Notes: generated by a model not told the origin, from the sequence alone. A DNA stretch of 43,958 nucleotides from Clostridia bacterium (GCA_046882085.1 JBKSNA010000033.1:1-43958); one strand, 5' to 3'. Counted from the first letter of the stretch, positions 33,013-40,988 are shown. Numbers and translations are program-made.

Positions 33013-35421
33013 ATGAGAGAATACAATCATCAAGAAATAGAAGCAAAGTGGCAAAAGTATTGGGACGAACATGAGACGTTCAAGACTGATATAAGAGATT
33101 TTTCTCGTCCTAAGTTTTATGCACTAGATATGTTCCCATATCCATCAGGATCAGGACTACACGTAGGACACCCAGAAGGATACACTGCTACTGACATAGT
33201 GAGCAGAATGAAGAGAATGCAGGGATATAATGTATTGCACCCAATGGGATTTGACTCATTCGGTTTGCCAGCAGAGCAATTCGCAATAGAGACTGGTAAT
33301 CACCCTGATGCATTTACTCAGAAGAATATAGCATATTTTACCAATCAATTAAAAAATATTGGTCTATCTTTTGATTGGGACAGAGATATTCAGACTAGTG
33401 ATCCTAAATATTACAAGTGGACTCAATGGATATTTAAGCAACTATACAAAGATGGTTTGGCTAGATGTGTAGAGATGCCTGTGAATTGGTGCGAAGGTCT
33501 TGGCTGTGTATTGGCTAATGATGAAATCATTGATGGCAAGAGTGAACGTGGTGGATTCCCTGTTGTAAAGAAGAATATGAAACAATGGGTTATTGATATT
33601 CCTAAGTATGCAGACAAACTTCTTAGCGGTTTAGATGAGATTGATTGGCCAGAGTCTACTAAGTTGATGCAGAAGAATTGGATAGGTAAGTCTACCGGTG
33701 TAGAAGTAGATTTCAATATCGTAGGTGGCGGACAATTCTCAATATATACTACTTGTATAGAGACAATTTATGGTATTACTTTCATGGTGGTAGCGCCAGA
33801 GAGTAAGTTGGTAGACGATCTTCGTCCGCGTATTAAGAATTGGGAAGAAGTAGAGAAATATAGAATAGAAACTGCAAAACTCAGCGATATGGAACGTACC
33901 GAACTAAATAAAGGTAAGACTGGTGTTCGCCTTGATGGTATATATGCGATTAACCCTGTGAATGGTAAAGAAGTACCTGTATTTATTGGAGATTTCGTAC
34001 TTGCTAGTTATGGTACAGGTGCAGTAATGGCAGTACCTAGTCATGATCAGAGAGACTTCGAGTATGCTATCGCACATAATATCCCAATGATTCAAGTAAT
34101 AGATGGTAGAGATGTATCTCAATCTGCATTCGAGAAGCAAGATTATCTAGGTAAAGGTTGTAAGCTTATCAACAGTGAAGAGTTCACAGGTCTCACAGTA
34201 GAAGAAGCGAAAGCTGCTATCACTAAGAAAGTGGAAGAAATGGGCGTGGGTCGCAAGAAAGACAATTATCGTATTAGAGAGTGGATATTTGCTCGTCAAC
34301 GTTATTGGGGTGAGCCAATTCCTGTAGTACATTTTGATGATGGAAGCACTGAGGCACTAGAAGATAGCGAGCTTCCACTTGTGTTGCCTGTATTGGAAGA
34401 TTATAAACCAGCAACAGATGGTAGTAGTCCGCTCGCAAAAGCGACTGATTGGGTGAATGTATCAGTAGATGGTAAACTAGGCAAGAGAGAGACTAGTACT
34501 ATGCCAGGTAGTGCTGGATCTAGCTGGTATTTCTTGAGATATATAGATCCACACAATGACGATATATTCGCTGATTATGAATTGATGAAACACTGGTTGC
34601 CAGTCGACTTGTATGTTGGCGGACCAGAGCATGCTGTAGGACATCTATTGTATTCTCGTATGTGGAATAATTACCTATTTGACAAAGGATTAGTGCCGGT
34701 AAAAGAACCATTCAAGAAACTAGTTCACCCTGGTATGATTCTTGGTGCTAATGGTATCAAGATGGGTAAGCGTTATCCGGAATATGTAGTGGATCCTAAT
34801 GATATTGTTAGAGATTTCGGTGCAGATACATTAAGATTGTATGAAATGTTCATGGGACCACTTGAAGTATCAAAACCATGGGATCATAATGGTGTCATCG
34901 GTGCTAAGAAATTCTTGGATAGAGTATATAGAATTTATCAAGAGAAGAAGATCGTAGATAGCGATAATAAAGAATTAGAAAAAATTTATCACCAGACACT
35001 TAAGAAAGTAACTAATGACTACGAGACGCTTAATTTCAATACTGCAATATCTCAAATGATGATATTCATCAATGCGGTAAGTAAAGTAGAAGTATTCCCT
35101 AGAGAATATGCAGAAGGATTCGTAAAGATCTTGAATCCAATCTGTCCATTCATGACAGAAGAATTGTGGCAAGAACTTGGTCATAACAATACAATCGCAT
35201 ACGAAGTATGGCCAAAATATGATGAATCGAAGATGATAGAAGATGTAATAGAGATTCCTATCCAAGTGAATGGCAAACTTCGTGCGAAGATTAGTGTCAA
35301 TATTGATGCTAGCGAAGATGAGATCAAGTCTAAAGCTCTTAGCGAAGTTAAGCAATATGTAGAGAATGGATATAAGAAGATAGTATATATTCCAGGTAGA
35401 ATATTCAATATTGTGGTATAA
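33013..35421 (+). CDS. leuS: leucine--tRNA ligase
   Basis: 802 aa. HVGH (HIGH) motif in PYPSGSGLHVGHPEGY, KMGKR (KMSKS variant), CP1 editing region. Confidence 0.95.
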   Translation: MREYNHQEIEAKWQKYWDEHETFKTDIRDFSRPKFYALDMFPYPSGSGLHVGHPEGYTATDIVSRMKRMQGYNVLHPMGFDSFGLPAEQFAIETGNHPDAFTQKNIAYFTNQLKNIGLSFDWDRDIQTSDPKYYKWTQWIFKQLYKDGLARCVEMPVNWCEGLGCVLANDEIIDGKSERGGFPVVKKNMKQWVIDIPKYADKLLSGLDEIDWPESTKLMQKNWIGKSTGVEVDFNIVGGGQFSIYTTCIETIYGITFMVVAPESKLVDDLRPRIKNWEEVEKYRIETAKLSDMERTELNKGKTGVRLDGIYAINPVNGKEVPVFIGDFVLASYGTGAVMAVPSHDQRDFEYAIAHNIPMIQVIDGRDVSQSAFEKQDYLGKGCKLINSEEFTGLTVEEAKAAITKKVEEMGVGRKKDNYRIREWIFARQRYWGEPIPVVHFDDGSTEALEDSELPLVLPVLEDYKPATDGSSPLAKATDWVNVSVDGKLGKRETSTMPGSAGSSWYFLRYIDPHNDDIFADYELMKHWLPVDLYVGGPEHAVGHLLYSRMWNNYLFDKGLVPVKEPFKKLVHPGMILGANGIKMGKRYPEYVVDPNDIVRDFGADTLRLYEMFMGPLEVSKPWDHNGVIGAKKFLDRVYRIYQEKKIVDSDNKELEKIYHQTLKKVTNDYETLNFNTAISQMMIFINAVSKVEVFPREYAEGFVKILNPICPFMTEELWQELGHNNTIAYEVWPKYDESKMIEDVIEIPIQVNGKLRAKISVNIDASEDEIKSKALSEVKQYVENGYKKIVYIPGRIFNIVV

Positions 35422-35422
35422 T

Positions 35423-35923
35423 ATGCATTTTAATTATAGACCTCTATTGAAGACAGATGTTGAGTATATTAATTCGTTTCATTCTGATATGGTAGACAAA
35501 GATAAAAATAATAGCATCACTAAATATATTACTTCAAAAGGAATTTTGTTGGGAGATGTGTTTAAAGAATTATGTTTGAATGAAGATTCTTGTACTGATG
35601 CTAGAATTGTGTTAGATGACCATGATTTTGTTGGTGCTGTAATGTATAATGTAGACATAGTGGGGAATAAGAAGGTTTTGAATTTAGAAGCTATAATAGT
35701 ACATCCGCAACTGACAGGCAAGGGTATAGGTAGAAAAATACTTCATGATGTAATATCTTATTCTGCTGATATATTTGGCATAGAAATTCATACTATTCAG
35801 GCAATTGTCGAGAAAGATAATATGCCTAGTCAAAAAATCTTTGATATAAATAAATTTAGTAAAAAAGATCGTAACAAAGATAATTCAGATAAATATATAT
35901 CATATAGTCTAGATATTGAATAG
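35423..35923 (+). CDS. GNAT family N-acetyltransferase
   Basis: Motif A in IIVHPQLTGKGIGRKILHDVI. Start set at ATG 35423, 1 nt after the leuS stop. Confidence 0.7.
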   Translation: MHFNYRPLLKTDVEYINSFHSDMVDKDKNNSITKYITSKGILLGDVFKELCLNEDSCTDARIVLDDHDFVGAVMYNVDIVGNKKVLNLEAIIVHPQLTGKGIGRKILHDVISYSADIFGIEIHTIQAIVEKDNMPSQKIFDINKFSKKDRNKDNSDKYISYSLDIE

Positions 35924-35933
35924 GTAAATAAAG

Positions 35934-35962
35934 AAAGTCGGTTTAACTAAACCGACTTTTTC
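35934..35962 (+). terminator. rho-independent terminator
   Basis: AAAGTCGGTTTA/TAAACCGACTTT stem plus a T-run. Confidence 0.8.
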
Positions 35963-35987
35963 TAATCTATTAACCAATATAGGTGAA

Positions 35988-37121
35988 ATGGTGGCGAAGA
36001 AACCTTCTGTAAGTGCTAGAACTTTTGAATGTAATATGAGAAATTTTAGATTACATATTCAGCCACATATTGGAAATATGAAAGTTTATGAGGTGGACAC
36101 GTTTGTAATTCAAAAGTTGGTTAACAAATTAGCTGAAGAAGGTTTGAGTGTTGATGTGATTAAGAAAAAGAAACATCTAATTAATCAATTCTTTGAGTAT
36201 GCAAAAGATAATAAATGGGTGGTAGACAATCCAACAACAAAATTGAAGATAAGATCAAAAGATAGAACGAACACAGAAGCAAAAGAAAGATACAAAGCAT
36301 TGAATCCTGAAGAAAGAGCAATATTTTTGGAAGCATTAAATAAAGACGAAGCAAACTTTATTAAACCACTTTGCATTTTGCTTATGTTTGCAGGTTTAAG
36401 AATTGGAGAGGCTTGTGCTTTGAAATGGAAAGATGTAAATTTCGAAAATAAAACATTAAAGGTTGAAAGAGGAATAACTCAGGTTGCAAAGTTTGATGAG
36501 AAAGGAAAGGTGGTTGAAAGAGTAACTGTTGTGGGAGCCACAAAAACAGCGTGTTCTGTGCGAGAAATACCAATCACAGACATTGTGGTGGAAACCTTAA
36601 AAACATGGCGTAAAAAGCAGGATTTCAAGCAAAAAATGGACCCTAGCATCAAAGTTAATCTTATAGATTCAGATGCTTTCATTTTTGCGAACGATGATGG
36701 TAGTGTTAGGACATATTCAGGGTGTAGAAAGATTTTCGGTAGATTTATTAATCGTAACAGGTTGCAAAAATACAACATTCACTTTCATGGATTAAGGCAC
36801 ACCTTTTCAAATATGCTTTTTGAAATGAACGAGAATCCAAAAGTTATTCAACAACTGCTAGGGCATCGTGATGTGAAAACGACAATCACAGTGTACAATT
36901 CTGTTGATAGTGAGTATGTAAGACAAGCAACTGACAAATTGAATGATAAAATTAAAAATGAGGAAATATTTGCTCAGAATAAACAGATGGAAGATGAAAA
37001 GCAAGAACAAAAGAAAAGTGTTATTTCAGAAATGAGCGATGAAGAGTTTGATGATATGTTTTTAGATTTATTGGAAGAACGCAAACGAAGAAAACAAAAA
37101 CAAGATGATATGGAGATGTGA
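35988..37121 (+). CDS. tyrosine site-specific recombinase / integrase with a short N-terminus and acidic C-terminal tail
   Basis: Catalytic residues in GLRIGEACALKWKDV (R), HGLRHTF (HxxR) and LGHRDVKTTITVY (H, Y). The core-binding domain starts near residue 10, so an arm-binding domain seems absent. Confidence 0.85.
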   Translation: MVAKKPSVSARTFECNMRNFRLHIQPHIGNMKVYEVDTFVIQKLVNKLAEEGLSVDVIKKKKHLINQFFEYAKDNKWVVDNPTTKLKIRSKDRTNTEAKERYKALNPEERAIFLEALNKDEANFIKPLCILLMFAGLRIGEACALKWKDVNFENKTLKVERGITQVAKFDEKGKVVERVTVVGATKTACSVREIPITDIVVETLKTWRKKQDFKQKMDPSIKVNLIDSDAFIFANDDGSVRTYSGCRKIFGRFINRNRLQKYNIHFHGLRHTFSNMLFEMNENPKVIQQLLGHRDVKTTITVYNSVDSEYVRQATDKLNDKIKNEEIFAQNKQMEDEKQEQKKSVISEMSDEEFDDMFLDLLEERKRRKQKQDDMEM

Positions 37122-37240
37122 AAATATTAAATATTGTCATATTTAAGACGATTTTTAAAATCCTTGTGTTAATATGCAAACAAAAAAGGTTGGAGAGTAA
37201 TTTCTTCAACCTTGCAATTTTTAAGGAGGTATGATATAAT

Positions 37241-37825
37241 ATGGGTGTACTTAACGATGTTATTCAAATTGATAAAGATGGAAATGTAAAATATAATCAA
37301 TGGATAGAATGGGATCACTTTCTAATTCCTAATAATATAGAGTGGTTAAGAGAGATTTTAAGAAATTTAATGGCTGTTTTTGGTCATTGCAAAAAATGTA
37401 CTGCTTTGGATGGTTGTTATTTGGTTAAAGGTAATATGCCTGAACAACCACTTCATGAACATTGCGATTGTAAAAGCAAAAATATCGCATTTTCGAAGGT
37501 AAAGTCAAAAGCATTTGCGGAATGTGATATTAGAAAGTTTACAGAATATGTTTTTACAAATATAGAAGATTCAAAAGGCAAAATTGAGATTTTTAAAGAA
37601 ATGGGTTACTCAAAGGAAGATTCTTCATATTTACAACAAGAATTTTGTAAACAGGCTCTTGAACAATATTTGTTAGGAAATTATAAGTTAAAAACTTTAG
37701 ATGCAAAAGGTCAAAGACTTGCTATTCCAACTACACTAAAAGAAATTACTTTTTATAGTGGTTGGATGTTGTGTCCAGAAGGTAAAATTAGAAATACAAC
37801 ACCGTTTGGAGGAAGAATTAAATGA
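37241..37825 (+). CDS. MuF-type zinc-ribbon fused to a DUF6883-like C-terminal domain
   Basis: CKKC-x17-PLHEHCDC resembles the MuF/SPP1-gp7 C-terminal ...PPLHPNCRC motif. The C-terminal half (IRKFTEYVF..SKGK.EIFKEMGYS...GQRLAIP...SGWM..GKIRNTTPF) resembles DUF6883. RBS AAGGAGG. Confidence 0.6.
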   Translation: MGVLNDVIQIDKDGNVKYNQWIEWDHFLIPNNIEWLREILRNLMAVFGHCKKCTALDGCYLVKGNMPEQPLHEHCDCKSKNIAFSKVKSKAFAECDIRKFTEYVFTNIEDSKGKIEIFKEMGYSKEDSSYLQQEFCKQALEQYLLGNYKLKTLDAKGQRLAIPTTLKEITFYSGWMLCPEGKIRNTTPFGGRIK

Positions 37826-38307
37826 AAAAATACGATTTAGTTAAATTAATTAATGAATCACCATATTTAAAATACAACTTAACAAAAAATGCTCATGGTA
37901 TTATTATAAATTCATATATAGACACAATGGATGTAATGTTTTTCAATCCTCAAAATTATGGAGATTACATTATTGTTAAAATAAAAGCGCAAGATTTGAT
38001 TTTAGAGAAAGAAAAATTACCTAATAAGGTGATTAAAGAATTTGAGCAAAAGAAAGAAAAAATCATTTCAAAAGCTAAAGAAATCTTACAAACTTTGCCT
38101 GTAAAAGCTTATAATATAGTAGAATTAATTGTGGAAGATGAAAAATATACTAAGTTTGGAATACATAAAGGTGATCGAGGCTGTGTGATGGATGACATTG
38201 CTGTTGATAATTGTGTTGAAGTTGATTTTTCAGGAATTGATGAAGATAGAAATTATTATGGGGATTGTATTTCTGTAAATATTAAAGATTTAAAAGTGAT
38301 TAAATAA
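37822..38307 (+). CDS. protein with two tandem DUF4926-like modules
   Basis: YDLVKLINESPYLKY...VMFFNP...IKAQDLIL and YNIVELIVEDEKYTKFGIHKGDRGCVM...VEVDF...NIKDLKVI. ATGA overlap with the upstream stop. Confidence 0.55.
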   Translation: MKKYDLVKLINESPYLKYNLTKNAHGIIINSYIDTMDVMFFNPQNYGDYIIVKIKAQDLILEKEKLPNKVIKEFEQKKEKIISKAKEILQTLPVKAYNIVELIVEDEKYTKFGIHKGDRGCVMDDIAVDNCVEVDFSGIDEDRNYYGDCISVNIKDLKVIK

Positions 38308-38310
38308 AAC

Positions 38311-38547
38311 ATGAAATATTTAGATTTGGTAGAATTGATAAAAGAAAAACCAGCATATAAAAAAGCTGGGGTTAAAGTTGGCGACTTCGGGGCTGTCATG
38401 AGCAAACAACCAATTAATGGAAAATGGCAAGTTGTATTTTCTGAATTTTATACAGGAAAGGACACCGCTGATATTATGGTTGCCGAAGAAGATTTACAAG
38501 TGCATGAATTTGTTCCTAAAGACAAATATCCAAAGAAAAAACAATAA
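38311..38547 (+). CDS. single DUF4926-like module protein
   Basis: LDLVELIKEKPAYKKAGVKVGDFGAVM...WQVVFSEF...VAEEDLQV. Starts 3 nt after the upstream stop. Confidence 0.55.
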   Translation: MKYLDLVELIKEKPAYKKAGVKVGDFGAVMSKQPINGKWQVVFSEFYTGKDTADIMVAEEDLQVHEFVPKDKYPKKKQ

Positions 38548-38552
38548 AAAGG

Positions 38553-38705
38553 CTGACAGTAATTGACAGTAGTTTGACAGCAGTTGACACCATTTAGGGT
38601 GTTTTTAGGTAGTTTTAAAGAGATTTAGACCGAAAGTTGAGTTGATCAATTTTCGGTCTTTTTTCATTAAATTTTTTGACAGCAGTTGCACCTAAATTTG
38701 ACAGT
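38553..38705 (+). repeat. cluster of TTGACAG-type direct repeats
   Basis: cTGACAGTAA TTGACAGTAG TTTGACAGCAG TTGACACC at 38553-38591, then TTGACAGCAGTTGCACC at 38676-38692 and TTGACAGT at 38698-38705. Confidence 0.7.
38627..38665 (+). terminator. rho-independent terminator of the 37241-38547 operon
   Basis: AGACCGAAA/TTTCGGTCT stem plus T6. Confidence 0.7.
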
Positions 38706-38740
38706 AAATGTTTTTTTTGTGGAAAAGATGTGGGAAATTT

Positions 38741-38791
38741 TAAAAACAAAAAACCCTTGAAAACATCTATAAAATAGGCGATTTTCAAGGG
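38741..38791 (-). terminator. terminator downstream of the tRNA-Thr fragment (likely the original tRNA terminator)
   Basis: CCCTTGAAAA/TTTTCAAGGG stem with an 18-nt loop, followed by a T-run on the minus strand. Confidence 0.6.
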
Positions 38792-38800
38792 TTGAGATTT

Positions 38801-38846
38801 TGGAGCTGATGACGGGGATCGAACCCGTGGCATCTGCCTTACCAAG
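38801..38846 (-). pseudogene. 3' fragment (about 46 nt: anticodon loop to CCA) of a tRNA-Thr(GGU)-like gene; att-type scar
   Basis: Reverse complement cTTGGTAAGGCAGATGCCACGGGTTCGATCCCCGTCATCAGCTCCA has an anticodon loop, T-arm ACGGG/TTCGATC/CCCGT, acceptor 3' strand and CCA. There is no matching 5' acceptor strand (GCTGATG) upstream. Confidence 0.65.
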
Positions 38847-38882
38847 TATTGAATTTTACCCAAGCAAGACTCGAACTCAAAG

Positions 38883-38914
38883 CACAGGAAACCATTATCT
38901 TTCCTGTGTTTTTT
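38883..38914 (+). terminator. orphan plus-strand hairpin terminator just inside the island edge
   Basis: CACAGGAAA/TTTCCTGTG stem plus T6. No plus-strand gene lies upstream of it. Confidence 0.5.
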
Positions 38915-38931
38915 CTTGCTTACAAAACTTC

Positions 38932-38975
38932 CAATTGTTGTCAATTTTTAAAAATTTGACAACAGTTGACAACAA
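38932..38975. repeat. TTGACAAC boxes in palindromic and tandem arrangement
   Basis: TTGTTGTCAATTTTTAAAAATTTGACAACAGTTGACAACAA. A further inverted copy GTGTTGTCAA lies at about 39053-39062. Confidence 0.65.
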
Positions 38976-39115
38976 AAGCCCCATTTTAACCCACCAAAAC
39001 ACCTAATTTTTCCACCTAAAATCATCTAAACTTGCCTAAAACCGAACATCAAGTGTTGTCAAAAATTTTAGGGAACAAATTAGAGCTTAATATTTCAAAA
39101 AGTTCCCTAAAAGAA

Positions 39116-39141
39116 AAAGACAATGAGTTAATTCATTGCCT
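39116..39141 (-). terminator. probable terminator of the XRE gene
   Basis: GACAATGA/TCATTGCC stem (7/8 paired), then TCTTTTTCTT on the minus strand. Confidence 0.45.
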
Positions 39142-39381
39142 TTAATATACATCTTCAGTTCCGTTAAAATAATCTCTTGCAAAAAATTCTTCAAGAGTTA
39201 TATTTGCTCCTGAACAAATTTTCTTAATTGTGATTACTTTTGGGCATTTGCTTTTGCCAGACATAAAATCAAAAATAGTTGATGGTGTTAAATTAGAATT
39301 TAAACATAATGCAGTCAATGTTATTTTGTTTGTTTCAACTATTTCGTTTATTCTTTTTCTTATTGCTTCATCAATATTCAT
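39142..39381 (-). CDS. XRE-family helix-turn-helix transcriptional regulator
   Basis: 79 aa. ITLTALCLNSNLTPSTIFDFMSGKS is a typical HTH_3 pattern. Divergent from the SLOG-like gene. Confidence 0.75.
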   Translation of the reverse strand: MNIDEAIRKRINEIVETNKITLTALCLNSNLTPSTIFDFMSGKSKCPKVITIKKICSGANITLEEFFARDYFNGTEDVY

Positions 39382-39383
39382 AA

Positions 39384-39510
39384 TTACTATACTCCGTAAC
39401 GATGTTTCGTAATTATTTTACTTTTATCTGTAAAATTAGTCTTACGGAGTTTCGTAATAATGATTGCCATATTAAATATATTTTATTATAATATTTACGG
39501 AGTATCGTAA
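39384..39510. promoter_or_regulatory. four copies of a 16-nt TTACGGAGTnTnGTAA box (candidate operator overlapping SD sites)
   Basis: Copies at 39384-39399 (minus), 39397-39412 (13/16 match), 39442-39457 and 39495-39510. Three of them lie exactly 2 nt before an ATG: the XRE gene, a 16-codon uORF at 39460-39510, and the SLOG-like gene. TATAAT at 39487-39492. Confidence 0.6.
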
Positions 39511-39512
39511 AT

Positions 39513-40070
39513 ATGAAAAATGAAGTTTGTTCTTTCTTTGGTCATAGAAAAATTGAGATAACCGGGGAACTTAAACAAAAAGTAAAAGAAGTAATTAAAG
39601 ATTTGATTGTTAACCACAATGTTTTTACTTTCTTGTTTGGTAGTCGTAGTGATTTTGACTACCTTTGTCATTTAGTGGTTACAGAACTAAAAGAGAAATA
39701 TCCAAGCATTATAAGAAAATGCTACACTTGCAGAAGTGAAACCTGTACATTAGAAAACGAACGAGAACATTGGGAAGAGCTATATAGTCATTTCAGAAAA
39801 GAAAAAGTTACACTACTTGGTGTTGAAGAAGAAGTGGAACACAAAACAAAATACACATCTGGCAAAGCAAGTTATGTAGAACGAAATCAAGCTATGATAA
39901 ACGATAGCGATTATTGTGTCTTTTATTATGATGAAAACTATCAACCTGAAATGCGAAAATACTCCAAACGAAGCATTGGCTATTACCAACCCAAATCCGG
40001 CACAGCCCTTGCCCATGTCTACGCCAAACAAAAGAAAAAGATAATTATTAATTGTTATATAAAAATTTAA
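39513..40070 (+). CDS. SLOG-fold (YpsA/DUF1273/YoqJ-like) protein
   Basis: N-terminal CSFFGHR motif, then FLFGSRSDFDYLC, with later acidic/Gly positions typical of this nucleotide-binding Rossmannoid family. Confidence 0.55.
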   Translation: MKNEVCSFFGHRKIEITGELKQKVKEVIKDLIVNHNVFTFLFGSRSDFDYLCHLVVTELKEKYPSIIRKCYTCRSETCTLENEREHWEELYSHFRKEKVTLLGVEEEVEHKTKYTSGKASYVERNQAMINDSDYCVFYYDENYQPEMRKYSKRSIGYYQPKSGTALAHVYAKQKKKIIINCYIKI

Positions 40071-40135
40071 AAAACTTTTTTAAATATAGCGAAATTTTTT
40101 ATAAAATATGTTATACTCGTTATAGAGGAAAAATT

Positions 40136-40984
40136 ATGGAACAAAAGAATTACGGAAAAACAATTGAATTATTCTTTGTAAATGGAACTTCAGATGGTAT
40201 TGTTACAGCTGAGTTAAGTAATTGGAGTGGAAGATCAGTCAAAATTCCACGCATTAATGTTAAAGATTATGACCGTGGCGGAATTTGTAATGTTGGTGTA
40301 TATCTTTTATATTGTGTAGAAGATGATGGATCTGAAAAAATTTACGTGGGTGAAGCTGAAAATGTTTCAGACAGATTAAAACAACATATCAGAGACTATC
40401 AATCAGGTAAAGAATCTTTTTATTGGAATCAGGCAGTTGTTTTTACAGATGATAGATTAGATAAAGCTGAAATTAGATATATTGAAAATAAATTGGCCGA
40501 TATTATTAGTAGTAATGATAAATCCAAACTTTTAACCAAAAGCACATATAAAAATACTGCATTAAAAGATTCTCAAATAGCGAAAGCAGAAGAATTTATA
40601 GACAATATAAAAACTTTATTGGGTGCACTTGGTTTAAAAACTCTTAATGAAGTTCCAAAGGCAACTGCAGAAACAATATATTTTTATTGTAAAGGAACAG
40701 ATTCTTCTGCAACAGGATTCTTGTCTAACGAAGGTTTTACGGTAATGAAAGGATCTATAATTTCATCTAAAACAGCTAACTCGTTTAAAGGTGCTGCTTA
40801 TTATAAGTTAAGAGAACGACTTATAGAAGATCAAGTAATTGTAGATGGAGAATTTACAAAAGATTACGAATTTAAAGCTCCATCTGCGGCATCATCTGTA
40901 GTTCTTGGAAGAGCGTCAAATGGAAAGGATAAGTGGAAAACACAAAACGGCGTTAAGTTCGCTGATATTAAATTAGAGGTTTAA
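40136..40984 (+). CDS. GIY-YIG nuclease domain protein with DUF4357-like C-terminal domain
   Basis: GVYLLYC..EKIYVGEAENVSDRLKQH..(R)YIENKL is GIY-YIG-like. The C-terminal GFTVMKGS...FKAPSAASSVVLGRASNG..WK is DUF4357-like. Start moved to ATG 40136, which has RBS AGAGGA. Confidence 0.7.
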   Translation: MEQKNYGKTIELFFVNGTSDGIVTAELSNWSGRSVKIPRINVKDYDRGGICNVGVYLLYCVEDDGSEKIYVGEAENVSDRLKQHIRDYQSGKESFYWNQAVVFTDDRLDKAEIRYIENKLADIISSNDKSKLLTKSTYKNTALKDSQIAKAEEFIDNIKTLLGALGLKTLNEVPKATAETIYFYCKGTDSSATGFLSNEGFTVMKGSIISSKTANSFKGAAYYKLRERLIEDQVIVDGEFTKDYEFKAPSAASSVVLGRASNGKDKWKTQNGVKFADIKLEV

Positions 40985-40988
40985 TAAT

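Noticed and set aside
32482-33026. Minus-strand ORFs 32482-32679 and 32628-33026, which overlap the DUF1540-like gene and the leuS leader.
   Set aside because: They have no RBS, overlap better-supported features on the other strand, and have an odd composition.
37119-37825. Mollicute-style genetic code 4 (TGA = Trp), considered because of the very low GC content.
   Set aside because: TGA terminates ORFs at sensible operon junctions (integrase stop 37119-37121; the ATGA overlap at 37822-37825). Trp is encoded by TGG throughout conserved genes.
38855-38882. A second tRNA-like piece: GACTCGAACTC, the reverse complement of a GAGTTCGAGTC T-loop-like string.
   Set aside because: Only the T-loop consensus is present. 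The flanking bases do not form a T-stem or an acceptor stem, which is too little to call.
38615-39006. ORFs 38615-38944 (-) and 38800-39006 (+).
   Set aside because: They run through a tRNA fragment, two terminators and repeat boxes, so they are non-coding artefacts.
12012-40135. N-terminal extensions proposed by the ORF track for queH (12012), the LtaS-family gene (17425), the Cys-rich gene (20187), the HEPN-type gene (21439), 32591, the GNAT (35411) and the GIY-YIG gene (40052).
   Set aside because: Each extension either starts at a non-ATG codon or runs through a recognisable promoter. In each case a downstream ATG has a proper RBS or leaderless geometry.
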